Below the pieces are notes generated by a model. It had not been told where the DNA came from. It made no database searches and was given only the letters and a program-made list of their open reading frames with translations. A stretch of DNA of 64,000 bases, from assembly GCA_023245335.1 (NCBI GenBank), contig JAHFKK010000001.1, forward strand, positions 683,282-747,281, in the 5' to 3' direction. The position numbers and the translations under genes were made by a program. This DNA comes from Candidatus Gottesmanbacteria bacterium. GTDB taxonomy: Bacteria; Patescibacteriota; Microgenomatia; UBA10105; UBA927. Of the stretch, positions 19,271 to 29,467 are shown piece by piece; position 1 is the stretch's first letter, and the number at the start of each line of letters is the position of its first letter.

Positions 19271-19990
19271 ATGCTTACATCTATACACGGAATATACCAG
19301 TCGTCGCTTCTCACAAATAGAAAAGGTATTTTCCACGGTTTTTCGACCCGTACCTATGGTGACGCACGCGTCCCTCAGAATGCATCAAAAATTCTTGAGG
19401 TGCTTGAAGTGCCCTCCATTACGCTTGCAAGCGCCCAGCAGGTGCACGGAGGCAAGGTGGCCCGTGTAGGACAATCACCTTTGCGGGTGACGCCCGGCGT
19501 TGACGCACTTGTCACCACGGCGAAAGGACTCGCTCTGGAGGTCCATGTTGCTGATTGTGTGCCGGTTATCATGGTCGATCCCATCGCTCATGTCGTTGCC
19601 GCGATTCATGCCGGCTGGAAAGGAACACGCGATGGCATCGTGGGTGCGGCAGTCAAGGAAATGGAAGCGTACGGCGCGCATGTGAAGCGTATTGTGGCAG
19701 TTATCGGTCCGCATATAGGTATGTGTTGTTATTCAGTTGACGAAGAGAGAGCAAAACTTTTTCAGGATATATTTCATAGAGATCCGAATATTTCATCGTA
19801 TTGGGGAGATTCGTGGCATATCGATCTCGGGTACGGCAACAGGAAGCAACTCGTGGATGCAGGCATATCCGCGGACCATATAGACAGCCGGGTCGTGTGC
19901 ACTTCCTGCCAGGTGGATTCATTTTTTTCATATCGGAAGGATACGAAAGAAACGTTCGGCGAAATTATCGGCGTCATCGGTATGAAATAA
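19271..19990 (+). CDS. pgeF: Peptidoglycan editing factor PgeF (YfiH/DUF152 laccase-domain family)
   Basis: 'HGGKVARV', 'ADCVPVIMVDP' and 'AAIHAGWKGTRDGI' conserved His/Cys motifs of the YfiH family. Confidence 0.75.
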   Translation: MLTSIHGIYQSSLLTNRKGIFHGFSTRTYGDARVPQNASKILEVLEVPSITLASAQQVHGGKVARVGQSPLRVTPGVDALVTTAKGLALEVHVADCVPVIMVDPIAHVVAAIHAGWKGTRDGIVGAAVKEMEAYGAHVKRIVAVIGPHIGMCCYSVDEERAKLFQDIFHRDPNISSYWGDSWHIDLGYGNRKQLVDAGISADHIDSRVVCTSCQVDSFFSYRKDTKETFGEIIGVIGMK

Positions 19991-19996
19991 CTTAGT

Positions 19997-21412
19997 ATGA
20001 AGAAGACAACAGCAATCCATACACGCGCGCATCTGGTCGGCATCAAAGGCGTTGCCATGGCGGCACTTGCTGTGTACCTAACAGAATCTGGAGTTCGGGT
20101 GACTGGAAGTGATGTGCCGGATGAGTTTCCGACGGACGAAGAGCTGATGCGCCTCGGCGTACGGGTCGATGTGGGTTTTTCTCCCGCGCATATTGAAGGA
20201 AAAAACCGTCCGGATGTCGTGTACTATACCGGTGCGCACGGCGGACGGGATAATCCGGAAGTACAAGCGGCACTCGCCTCCGGGATACCCGCATTCCCGC
20301 ATGGTGAAGCATTGGGCGTGCTCATGAAGGGATCCCGACAGATTGTCGTTTCCGGCAGTCATGGCAAAACGACAACGAGCGCGATGATTGCGACCCTTCT
20401 GACTCACGCGAAACTCGATCCCTCCTATGCGATAGGATGCGGTACTATTTCCTCTCGTTTTGCCGCAGGACATAAGGGCGCCTCCGACTGGTTTGTCGCA
20501 GAGGGCGATGAATATATTACCGATCCCGGCAACGACAGAACGCCCCGTTTCATGTGGCTGACTCCGGAGATTTTGGTGGTAACAAACGTGGATTTTGACC
20601 ATCCCGACGCGTATCCTGACCTGCAAGCGGTACAGGACGCGTTTCTCGCGCTTCAAAAAAAGACAAAAGTGACGATTGTGAATGCCGATGACAAAAACAG
20701 CAGAGTGCTTCTGACGGGGAAAAACGTGTTGACCTATGGGTATTCGCCTGCGAGCGATTTCCGTATTACGCATGTGGGTGCCGGTCGTGAACGTATGTTT
20801 TTCCGCCTTGAGGAACGGGGCGTGTTTATCGCAGAGTTCACGATCAAAGTACCTGGGAATCATAATGTGTCAAATGCGGTAGCGGCGCTCGTCGCGGCGC
20901 ACACAGCAGGGGTGAGTTGGGAAGTGCTTCGTGAAGGATTGCTGGAGTTTACCGGTACCAAACGAAGATTTGAAAAACTGGGAGAGGCTCACGGCGTCAC
21001 GTTTTATGATGATTACGCCCATCACCCGGCGGAAGTGAGGGCAACGCTTGCAGCGGCACGGTTATGGTATCCCAAGACGAGAATTATCGCTGTATTTCAG
21101 CCGCACACGTATTCCCGTACGAAAGCGCTGCTTTCCGAATTTGCGCATGCATTTGGGGATGCTGACACCGTCATTTTGTCTGACATATACGCCTCAGCGC
21201 GGGAGCACGACACACTTGGGTTAGACGGAGCGACACTGGTCACGGAAACGGCGCGGTATCATACGCACGTTTTGTACGGAAAAGGCTATACTGAAGTGAA
21301 GCACCATCTCGACCATGAGGCGCATGCCGGCGACGTCGTGATCTTTATGGGGGCGGGCGATATATATGTGTGGGCAAAATCATTGAAGCATACGTATTCG
21401 GAAACGGTATAA
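19997..21412 (+). CDS. murC: UDP-N-acetylmuramate--L-alanine ligase MurC
   Basis: 'HLVGIKGVAMAALAVYLTESGVRVTGSD' and P-loop 'VVSGSHGKTTTSAMIATLL'. Confidence 0.85.
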   Translation: MKKTTAIHTRAHLVGIKGVAMAALAVYLTESGVRVTGSDVPDEFPTDEELMRLGVRVDVGFSPAHIEGKNRPDVVYYTGAHGGRDNPEVQAALASGIPAFPHGEALGVLMKGSRQIVVSGSHGKTTTSAMIATLLTHAKLDPSYAIGCGTISSRFAAGHKGASDWFVAEGDEYITDPGNDRTPRFMWLTPEILVVTNVDFDHPDAYPDLQAVQDAFLALQKKTKVTIVNADDKNSRVLLTGKNVLTYGYSPASDFRITHVGAGRERMFFRLEERGVFIAEFTIKVPGNHNVSNAVAALVAAHTAGVSWEVLREGLLEFTGTKRRFEKLGEAHGVTFYDDYAHHPAEVRATLAAARLWYPKTRIIAVFQPHTYSRTKALLSEFAHAFGDADTVILSDIYASAREHDTLGLDGATLVTETARYHTHVLYGKGYTEVKHHLDHEAHAGDVVIFMGAGDIYVWAKSLKHTYSETV

Positions 21413-21414
21413 AT

Positions 21415-22401
21415 ATGGCAACATCAAAATTTGCATCACTCAAAGAAGTTCTCGGTGATCGGTTAAAAACCGACGAACCACTTTCGCGATTCACGACCTT
21501 CAAGATCGGCGGACCCGCGGATTTTTTCTATGAGGCGAAAACGGCGGATGAACTCGCTCGGGCAGTGTCCCTCGGCCGGACGCTGAACCTCCCTGTTTTT
21601 ATCCTGGGCGGCGGATCAAATATTCTCATAGGCGATAAAGGTATACGGGGACTTGTGATACGGAATTTGAGTATGCATATCGGTATCAAAGGAGTGAAAG
21701 CAGTGACGCATTCGGGTGGAGAGCAGAGAAAACTCGTCTTTGTCGAGGCCGACGCCGGGGTACCGATCAATAAATTGGTGCGCTTCACCGTGGATGAAGG
21801 GTTATCCGGGCTTCATATGCATCTCGGATTGCCCGGATCGGTCGGCGGAGCGCTTTATATGAATTCCAAATGGACGCGTCCGGAAGGATACGTCGGGGAT
21901 GCGGTATACCAGGTCCGACTGGTGACCAAGGAAGGCGAAGACAGGATTGTCCCTCAGTCCTATTTTCATTTCGCCTACGATACGAGCGCGCTGCAGCGTA
22001 CCAAAGATGTGGTAATTTCCGTTGTTTTTGCGCTTAGCGCTGATGACCGGGACAGACTATGGAAGATCGCGACGGAAAGCATTATGTATCGGAGGGAAAC
22101 ACAACCGCAGGGAGTGCTTTCGGCCGGCTGCACGTTCCGCAACTTATCCCGTGCGGAGGCGCTCACCCTGGGTACGCCAAACTTGACGACATCCGCCGGA
22201 TATCTTGTTGATCACGCAGGGCTGAAGGGTGCCTCCGAGGGAGACGCGTACATATCACCGGTGCATGCCAACTTCATCATCAATCGAGGCAAAGCGAAGG
22301 CGGAAGACGTGGTAAAATTAATTGAACTGGCCCGATCACAGGTGTTGAAGCAATTCGGTGTCCGGTTAACAGAAGAAATAGAGCGGGTTGGAGAATTTTA
22401 A
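21415..22401 (+). CDS. murB: UDP-N-acetylenolpyruvoylglucosamine reductase MurB
   Basis: 'FTTFKIGGPADFFYEAKTADEL' FAD-binding N-terminus. The ORF-track start at 21370 is a GTG; ATG 21415 gives the 'MATSKF' start. Confidence 0.85.
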   Translation: MATSKFASLKEVLGDRLKTDEPLSRFTTFKIGGPADFFYEAKTADELARAVSLGRTLNLPVFILGGGSNILIGDKGIRGLVIRNLSMHIGIKGVKAVTHSGGEQRKLVFVEADAGVPINKLVRFTVDEGLSGLHMHLGLPGSVGGALYMNSKWTRPEGYVGDAVYQVRLVTKEGEDRIVPQSYFHFAYDTSALQRTKDVVISVVFALSADDRDRLWKIATESIMYRRETQPQGVLSAGCTFRNLSRAEALTLGTPNLTTSAGYLVDHAGLKGASEGDAYISPVHANFIINRGKAKAEDVVKLIELARSQVLKQFGVRLTEEIERVGEF

Positions 22402-22403
22402 CT

Positions 22404-23747
22404 ATGGAGACATTTATCATAAACGGCGGTAAACCAATACATGGCACGGTGACGATCGGTGGCGCAAAAAACGTCGCGCTCAAGATCCTTATCGCATCCC
22501 TCCTTACTGATGAAGAGATTATTATTCATAACGTGCCGCATTTGAGGGACGTGTTGTCCCTTATTGATGTACTCAAGAGTCTCGGTGTCCGAGCGTCTAT
22601 GGATGAGCATACCGTTCGGATACGGAATGGTACTCCTCCTCGGGATTTCACTGTGCCTTTGGACATCGGAGCCCGGCTCCGTACGTCCTCGATGGTTTTA
22701 GGGCCGCTCCTCGCGCGGTACGGCAAAGGTAACGTGCCCAATCCCGGCGGTTGCCGGCTGGGAGCACGGCCGATTGATCGTCATATAGACGGACTCCGCG
22801 CTATGGGAGCAAGCATAGAATACAACTCGGAGGACGGGTTTTTCCATGCGACGGCAGACAAGCTTCACGGCGCGCGCGTCAGTTTTGCGAAGAATACGCA
22901 TACCGGGACGGAGTCGATCATCCTAGCCGCGGTTTTGGCCGAAGGGCAGACGGTCATAGAAAATGCGGCGGCGGAAGTCGAGGTCGACGATCTTATATCA
23001 TGCCTGACGCGTATGGGCGCCTTCATCAGCCGAAAAGACTCCCGGACGATCATTGTGGAGGGTGTCCCGAAGCTTCATGGCGTTGAGTATACGATTATGC
23101 CCGATCGGAACGAAGAGGTGACATTTGCCATAGCGGCGGCCATGACGGGCGGAAACATAATTGTCGAAGGCTCACAACTTCAGTATCTGGATGCATTTCT
23201 GAAGCCGTTTGAAGATGCCGGGGGGGTATACGAAAAAATTGATGGCACACACACGCGGTATACCAAAGACGGTGACATACGGCCGACCGACATAGTGACC
23301 GCCCCGTACCCGGGCTTTATGACGGATTGGCAAGCGCCCTGGGCGGTTTTTATGACACAGGCGGGAGGCAGCTCGATAATTCATGAAAGCGTATTTGAAA
23401 GCCGGTTTTCATACGTTTCCGAGCTTAGGAAAATGGGAGCACATATAGACTTTTTCGATCCTCCGGTCGCTAACCCCGAAGTGTTTTATAATTTTAATTG
23501 GGCGGACCGCAAGGAAGGATATCATCAGGGTATTCGCATTCACGGACCGACAAAACTTCATAACGCGGTTCTCTCCGTCGATGACATCCGTGCCGGGGCG
23601 TCGCTCGTTCTCGCGGCTCTCATGGCCGAAGGCGACAATTACCTCCACGGAGTGGAACTTATTGATCGCGGTTATGAATGCATAGAAGAACGCCTGACCG
23701 GACTTGGAGCGAGTATTAAACGTCAGCACGAGGAGGATGAAGTATGA
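22404..23747 (+). CDS. murA: UDP-N-acetylglucosamine 1-carboxyvinyltransferase MurA
   Basis: 'IHGTVTIGGAKNVALKILIASLL' EPT-family N-terminus; GGAG SD upstream. Confidence 0.9.
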   Translation: METFIINGGKPIHGTVTIGGAKNVALKILIASLLTDEEIIIHNVPHLRDVLSLIDVLKSLGVRASMDEHTVRIRNGTPPRDFTVPLDIGARLRTSSMVLGPLLARYGKGNVPNPGGCRLGARPIDRHIDGLRAMGASIEYNSEDGFFHATADKLHGARVSFAKNTHTGTESIILAAVLAEGQTVIENAAAEVEVDDLISCLTRMGAFISRKDSRTIIVEGVPKLHGVEYTIMPDRNEEVTFAIAAAMTGGNIIVEGSQLQYLDAFLKPFEDAGGVYEKIDGTHTRYTKDGDIRPTDIVTAPYPGFMTDWQAPWAVFMTQAGGSSIIHESVFESRFSYVSELRKMGAHIDFFDPPVANPEVFYNFNWADRKEGYHQGIRIHGPTKLHNAVLSVDDIRAGASLVLAALMAEGDNYLHGVELIDRGYECIEERLTGLGASIKRQHEEDEV

Positions 23748-25057
23748 AAAAAGATATCGTGGCAGTCGTCCTCGCCGCCGGGAACGGCAAACGGTTTTGG
23801 CCGTTTACCGGAGACAAAAATCTGTGGCCGGTTTTGGGGAAGACGTATTTCGATTTCACGATAGCCGAAACAATGCCGAAGGAGGTAAGCGAAGTTATTC
23901 TCGTCGCAAATGCCAAAAATCAAAAACAGTTAGCGGCGACCAAGCTCGGTGTACCGCACAGTGTCATTGTCCAAAAAGAAGGCGACGGCATGGCTGACGC
24001 GATTATGGCCGCGAAGGATCGCATACGCGGAAAACAGATTCTGGTAGTTATCGCAGATGATCTTTCGGATAAAAATATTTTCCGTTCGGTACTCGCCCGC
24101 GCGGATAAAGGCCATTTTGGTGTTATGACAGTCTATCATACGCACAGGCATCTTGCCGGCGGATACATCAAATTCCAGGGAGAGCGGCCTATCGGTATTG
24201 TCGAAAAGCCTCCTCTCGGGAAAGAACCGAGTGAGTTTGCTTATTTCGGGGGACAGTATATTCAGGATGCGGACGCTCTTTTAGATGCGTTTTCCTCCGT
24301 CAAAACTGATTGCGATGACGTGTATGAATATGCGCTTACCGCACTCATGCAATCTCATGACTTCGTCGTTTTGCCCCAGGAAGAACCGTATGTTTCACTA
24401 AAATATCCCTGGCACGTTCTGGACGTCACAGATTACACGTTGCATAACCGTCTGATTCCAGGTCAAGGGAAGCATGTGGAGATTCATAACAACGTTGTGA
24501 TTGAGGGATCGGTATATTTGGGTAACAACGTACGCATATTTGAGAATACGAAAATTGTCGGACCGGTCTATATCGGGGACAACACCATTGTCGGAAATAA
24601 TAATATGATCAGGGAGTCATATATCGGCCAGGATTGCGTCACCGGATTTAATACCGATATCACCCGTTCGTATATCGGAAACGAATGTTGGTTTCATAGT
24701 AACTACGTCGGCGACAGCGTTCTTGAAGGAAACATCAGTATGGGATCGGGGTCGGTTCTTGCAAATCTCCGGTTGGACGAAGGGGAGATCTCCTCGGTTG
24801 TACGGGGCGAAAAATTCAATACCGGGCGGACGAAGCTTGGATCTATGATTGGCGCACATGTCAGAATCGGCGTCAACGTCAGTATCATGCCCGGCGTCAA
24901 AGTCGGCAGCGGCACGATGATCGGAGCCGGCGTCGTATTGGATAAAGATGTACCGGAAGATTCGTTTTGTGTGGCCAAAAGCGGATATGAGGTGAAGAAA
25001 AATACGATGCCCGTGGCCCCGCCGACGGGAAGGGCGGACTACCGGTCCAAGCTATAA
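23744..25057 (+). CDS. Sugar-1-phosphate nucleotidyltransferase with C-terminal left-handed beta-helix (GlmU-like bifunctional architecture)
   Basis: 'VVLAAGNGKRFWPF' NTP-transferase P-loop, then many hexapeptide repeats in the C-terminal half (IGxN/VGxN). SD GAGGAGG upstream. Confidence 0.65.
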   Translation: MKKDIVAVVLAAGNGKRFWPFTGDKNLWPVLGKTYFDFTIAETMPKEVSEVILVANAKNQKQLAATKLGVPHSVIVQKEGDGMADAIMAAKDRIRGKQILVVIADDLSDKNIFRSVLARADKGHFGVMTVYHTHRHLAGGYIKFQGERPIGIVEKPPLGKEPSEFAYFGGQYIQDADALLDAFSSVKTDCDDVYEYALTALMQSHDFVVLPQEEPYVSLKYPWHVLDVTDYTLHNRLIPGQGKHVEIHNNVVIEGSVYLGNNVRIFENTKIVGPVYIGDNTIVGNNNMIRESYIGQDCVTGFNTDITRSYIGNECWFHSNYVGDSVLEGNISMGSGSVLANLRLDEGEISSVVRGEKFNTGRTKLGSMIGAHVRIGVNVSIMPGVKVGSGTMIGAGVVLDKDVPEDSFCVAKSGYEVKKNTMPVAPPTGRADYRSKL

Positions 25058-25062
25058 CGTCT

Positions 25063-25785
25063 ATGAATTCTCAGGATCTCATCATTTTGCATGGGTGGAA
25101 TCTATCCGGATCGCGTTTCGCACCGCTTGCGGATGTGTTTCGAGCAAAAGGATATCGGGTATTTACGCCTGACCTTCCCGGATTCGGGGAGGAACCGGTT
25201 CCAAAGCGACCGTGGCATGTCGTAGACTACGCGGAATTCGTGAAACACTATGTCGATCGCGAGCATATAAAAAATCCGGTTTTTATCGGCCATTCCTTCG
25301 GCGGACGCGTGACGCTTAAATATGTTCAACTTTATCCGGCGGATGTTCGGGCGATCATTCTTTCCGGCACGCCCGGATTCAGCCCCATACCTAAAAAAAA
25401 GATGTTTCTTTTTTGGGTGATTGCCAAGGTGGGAGGATTCATTTTTTCCCTACCGCCTCTTAGCCTTCTCGCCGACTGGGCACGTCGTTGGCTGTATTAC
25501 GTCGCTGGCGCGCGGGAATTTCTTCGTGCAGAGGGCCCGATGCGTGAGACATTTAAACACGTCGTTCAGGACAATCTCGTGAGCGCTATGGAATCAGTGC
25601 ATGTACCCTGTCTTTTGTTGTGGGGAGAGTATGACGTTATCGTGCCGGTTGCGATCGGGAGAAGAATGCAGGAAGTAATTTCTGGCGCGGTCCTCAACAT
25701 CATCCCCGAGGTCGATCATGGTGTTCCGTTTAAGGAGCCCGAAGTTTTTGCGGGCTATGTAGAGCAATTTTTACCGAAGACATGA
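25063..25785 (+). CDS. Alpha/beta hydrolase fold protein
   Basis: 'LHGWNLSG' and nucleophile elbow 'GHSFGG'. 240 aa. Confidence 0.65.
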   Translation: MNSQDLIILHGWNLSGSRFAPLADVFRAKGYRVFTPDLPGFGEEPVPKRPWHVVDYAEFVKHYVDREHIKNPVFIGHSFGGRVTLKYVQLYPADVRAIILSGTPGFSPIPKKKMFLFWVIAKVGGFIFSLPPLSLLADWARRWLYYVAGAREFLRAEGPMRETFKHVVQDNLVSAMESVHVPCLLLWGEYDVIVPVAIGRRMQEVISGAVLNIIPEVDHGVPFKEPEVFAGYVEQFLPKT

Positions 25786-27251
25786 TGACCACCGTTATTT
25801 TATTTTTTTCTGTTCTGTGGATCGTGCGCATCATCGGTAATGCGATGAGTTTTTCCCATCTGTGGTGGGTCAAGGAATATCGTTGGGACAGGATGATCAT
25901 TCACCTCAAAACACCACAAGGGAAATTCGTGTATTTGCTTCCGTGGAAGCGGCCGCGCCTGTCCCCCAAGTCTGTGCTTCTTACCGGGATGTTGCTCGTC
26001 GCTCTCGGCGTGATCGTATATTTTTCTTCATTGCCGCCGCTTCTTTCTCTCCTGGTCGCCGACATCGTGAGTTTTCCGTTGACGTTTCTCATTGTAGGAA
26101 TGTTGAATGTGCCCGTGAAGCTGTATCATGACACGGTCATACACCGCGCAGAACACCTCCTTCGGTCCCACAAAAGTCTCACGGTTATCGGCATAACCGG
26201 AAGTTACGGAAAAACATCAACTAAGGAGTATTTGGCGACCCTTTTGTCTTCAAAATATGCGACGCTAAAAACAGAAGCAAGTAAGAATGCGCCTATAGGG
26301 ATTTCCGAAGTGGTGGTGTCGTCACTCCGTCCTGACCACAAAGTGTTTGTCGTAGAAATGGGTGCCTATAAAAAAGGCGAGATCGCCTATATGTCCAGTC
26401 TTGTGCGTCCCGAGATCGCGATCGTGACCGCTATAAATGCCCAGCATCAGGATTTATTCGGATCCATCGATAACACAATGCGCGCGAAGTATGAACTGGT
26501 TGCAGGCCTTACCGGTAAACGCATTGCGATATGCAATGCTGATGATCCTCGCGTGCGCACTATGGGTGAATGGGCGAAGAGGGACGGGGTCACCGTATGG
26601 TGGTATGGGAAAAACGATGCCCTGCCCAGAGGATCAAAAACCTTTTATGCGGCGGATATCCGAACGGACGCTCAAGGCGTACGTTTTTCGTGTGTTAGCG
26701 GAAAATTCAGCGCCTTCGTACGGGCAGAGGTGATCGGTGAGCACCAGGTAAGCAATCTTTTGGCCGCGATAGCAGGAAGCGTCGCTGTCGGAATGTCGCT
26801 TGATGCCGCTGCGAAAGCCGCCACAGCGATCCTACCTGTCAGTCACATGCTACAAGCACGCAAAGGCCCTCATGGGGTGACGTTCATCGATGATACGTTT
26901 AATAATAATCCTGATGCGGCAAAAGCAGCGCTTGACGTTCTTTCCAAACAGTCCGGGAAGAAGATTCTTGTTTTTCAACCAATGATAGAACTCGGAACAT
27001 TTGCACAGTCGAGTCATTATGACGTTGGCGCATACGCAGGAAAAATATGCGACGCTATCATTCTCACCAACGACAACTGGAAGTCGGATTTTATCGGCGG
27101 AGTCCGGTCTGTGAATCCGAACATACCCGTGTCGGTATTGTCCGCAAAGTCAGCTGCTACCTATATCAACGAACACACCATGAGCGGTGACACGGTCCTT
27201 TTCAAAAGCAAAGAAGCGGCGCTTGTCATGCGCCGGCTATTACCGGTATGA
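25782..27251 (+). CDS. murF: UDP-N-acetylmuramoyl-tripeptide--D-alanyl-D-alanine ligase MurF with hydrophobic N-terminal extension
   Basis: P-loop 'LTVIGITGSYGKTSTKEYLATLL' and downstream MurF-like domains. The first ~110 aa contain 3 predicted TM-like segments. Confidence 0.8.
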   Translation: MMTTVILFFSVLWIVRIIGNAMSFSHLWWVKEYRWDRMIIHLKTPQGKFVYLLPWKRPRLSPKSVLLTGMLLVALGVIVYFSSLPPLLSLLVADIVSFPLTFLIVGMLNVPVKLYHDTVIHRAEHLLRSHKSLTVIGITGSYGKTSTKEYLATLLSSKYATLKTEASKNAPIGISEVVVSSLRPDHKVFVVEMGAYKKGEIAYMSSLVRPEIAIVTAINAQHQDLFGSIDNTMRAKYELVAGLTGKRIAICNADDPRVRTMGEWAKRDGVTVWWYGKNDALPRGSKTFYAADIRTDAQGVRFSCVSGKFSAFVRAEVIGEHQVSNLLAAIAGSVAVGMSLDAAAKAATAILPVSHMLQARKGPHGVTFIDDTFNNNPDAAKAALDVLSKQSGKKILVFQPMIELGTFAQSSHYDVGAYAGKICDAIILTNDNWKSDFIGGVRSVNPNIPVSVLSAKSAATYINEHTMSGDTVLFKSKEAALVMRRLLPV

Positions 27252-28483
27252 ACTATTGGTTTCGTCGTATCATCAGTGCGTCGCTTTCTCCGAATACTCG
27301 GGCCGAAGACGGGTGGACCGCGCTCCGCGTGCTTTGCACGCCGTGGACATGGAAACACGGTACGTCCGTTGAAGCCGCGGCCAATTGGTTTCAGTACCAG
27401 TATGGTATTCACGACGTCGTTTTTTTCCAGAGTGGGAGAGTGGCGCTCTACGAGATACTCAAATCTCTTAGTATTGGAGAGGGTGATGAGGTTCTCGTTC
27501 AGGCGTTTACGTGCGTGGCAGTCCCTAATAGTGTTTTGTGGGTACGGGCAAAGCCCGTATATGTCGACATCGATGAGAGCCTGAATATGGACCCCGAAGA
27601 TATAGCGAAAAAAATTACTCCGCGTACGAAAGCTCTTATCGTTCAGCATACGCTCGGGACGCCGGCTGACATGAAGGCCATTATGGGTATCGCCAAAAAG
27701 CATAAGCTTTTGGTTATAGAGGATTGCGCGCACGCAATAGGGGCGACATATGACGGGAAAAAGCTTGGTACACTCGGCGATGCTGCATTTTTCAGTTTCG
27801 GCAGGGATAAAGCGGTATCAAGCGTTTGGGGCGGGGCCGCAACAGTAAATGGTTCATTTCGAGAAAGAACGGCCGGGAAACTTCTCAAGCGCGCTTCTCA
27901 AACGCTTCCGCAACCGGGGTACTTCTGGATTTTCCAGCAAGTGCTTCACCCGATCGCATTTACGGTCATTCTGCCGCTCTATAACAGTGGCATCGGTAAA
28001 GCCTTGCTCCTTTCCCTGCAGCGCGTAGGGCTCCTTTCCAAACCGGTTGCTCCAGTCGAGCTTCATGGCGGCGTACCGGATGGATGCATGACGCAGTATC
28101 CCAACGGGTTAGCACAACTTCTCATAGTCCAGCTCCGAAAATTGCCGGAGATGATCCGCATCCGAAAGGAGTCGGCAGAGTATTATGCCAAACATCTGCC
28201 AACGAGCCTTGTGCGTACTCAACGTAAAATAGGCGCTTCATATCTCCGGTATGCTGTTTTAGCAGATGAGCCGCTTGACTACCGGAAGCGTGCCAAGAAA
28301 CACGGAGTTCTTTTGGGAAACTGGTACCATAACGTCATCGATCCGAAACACACGGATATGCCTGCCGTAGGATATGTAGCCGGCAGTTGTCCGCGAGCGG
28401 AGTCAGTCGCATCCCGCATACTCAATCTTCCGACACTTTTGTCAGACACGGATAGGGCGACGGTTGTTGAAATAGTGAGGTAA
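27248..28483 (+). CDS. DegT/DnrJ/EryC1/StrS-family PLP-dependent sugar aminotransferase
   Basis: 'DVVFFQSGRVALYEILKSLSIGEGDEVLVQAFTCVAVPNSV' and 'SFGRDKAVSS' (PLP-lysine region). Confidence 0.7.
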   Translation: MNYWFRRIISASLSPNTRAEDGWTALRVLCTPWTWKHGTSVEAAANWFQYQYGIHDVVFFQSGRVALYEILKSLSIGEGDEVLVQAFTCVAVPNSVLWVRAKPVYVDIDESLNMDPEDIAKKITPRTKALIVQHTLGTPADMKAIMGIAKKHKLLVIEDCAHAIGATYDGKKLGTLGDAAFFSFGRDKAVSSVWGGAATVNGSFRERTAGKLLKRASQTLPQPGYFWIFQQVLHPIAFTVILPLYNSGIGKALLLSLQRVGLLSKPVAPVELHGGVPDGCMTQYPNGLAQLLIVQLRKLPEMIRIRKESAEYYAKHLPTSLVRTQRKIGASYLRYAVLADEPLDYRKRAKKHGVLLGNWYHNVIDPKHTDMPAVGYVAGSCPRAESVASRILNLPTLLSDTDRATVVEIVR

Positions 28484-28493
28484 AATACTACGT

Positions 28494-29462
28494 ATGCATT
28501 TCAATTGGATTGACTGGATTATTTCTGTCATTTTGGTTTACTCACTGGTTGATGGCTGGCAGCGCGGATTTATTTCCCTAGTCGCTAACCTTATTTCATT
28601 TTTAGGCTCCTTATGGTTTGCTGTGCGCTACCATATGGTCGTCGGAAATTTTTTTGCAATGAAATTTGGTTTGACCATGACCTGGTCTGAGGTAGTGGGT
28701 TATTTGGGGGTCGCGATCGTCAGTCAATTGTGCATAGAACTTGTGTGTGCCGGACTTATTGATTTCGTTCCGGCCAAAGTCCATACGTCTAAAATAAACA
28801 GTTGGTTGGGTAGTATAGTGTCTTTACTCAATACGCTTATCGTTACGGCTTTTATTTTGCTTCTTATTATGGCGCTACCGCTCCGGGGCACAGTCAAGCC
28901 GGATGTTCGTGCTTCTCTTATCGGCAACGAACTTATCATTCTCGCACAGCGGTATGGCGGGCAGGCAACTTCCTCCGTTTCTGATATCGCGAAAAACGCG
29001 ACAAAATTTTTGACCATAGAGCCGGGAAGCCAGGAGAGTATCCCTTTGGATATCCCGCCGCAGAGCGCAAATCTCGCGATAGACGTGGCGGCGGAACAAG
29101 CAATGGTGACTCTCGTGAATAAGGAGCGGACATCAAGCGGGATCGCCGCGGTTGCTGTAGATGCGGCGATCACCAAAACCGCCGAAGCAAAAAGCCGTGA
29201 TATGTTTGTCCGTAGGTATTTTTCGCACTATGACCCCGACGGGAAGAACGCCGCCGACCACCTGACTGCCGCCGGTATTTCCTACACGATCGTCGGGGAG
29301 AACATCGCGTACGCGCCGGATGTCACGACGGCTCATCAGGGATTTATGAATAGTTCGGGTCACCGGGCAAATATTTTGGACCCGCGGTTTCATAGGATAG
29401 GCATCGGGGTCATAGACAACGGGATTTATGGAAAGATGTTCACGCAGGAATTCACCGATTAA
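28494..29462 (+). CDS. CvpA-like membrane domain fused to CAP/SCP (PR-1-like) extracellular domain
   Basis: N-terminal ~150 aa has 4 TM segments in CvpA-like layout. C-terminal 'YFSHYDPDGKNAADHL...GENIAY...GHRANILDPRFHRIGIGV' are CAP-domain motifs. TAAAAT at 28481-28486 ends 8 nt before the ATG. Confidence 0.6.
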   Translation: MHFNWIDWIISVILVYSLVDGWQRGFISLVANLISFLGSLWFAVRYHMVVGNFFAMKFGLTMTWSEVVGYLGVAIVSQLCIELVCAGLIDFVPAKVHTSKINSWLGSIVSLLNTLIVTAFILLLIMALPLRGTVKPDVRASLIGNELIILAQRYGGQATSSVSDIAKNATKFLTIEPGSQESIPLDIPPQSANLAIDVAAEQAMVTLVNKERTSSGIAAVAVDAAITKTAEAKSRDMFVRRYFSHYDPDGKNAADHLTAAGISYTIVGENIAYAPDVTTAHQGFMNSSGHRANILDPRFHRIGIGVIDNGIYGKMFTQEFTD

Positions 29463-29467
29463 CCGCT

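Noticed and set aside
20078-20863. 261-aa minus-strand ORF
   Set aside because: Antisense to murC; Arg/His-rich, low-complexity translation. Spurious.
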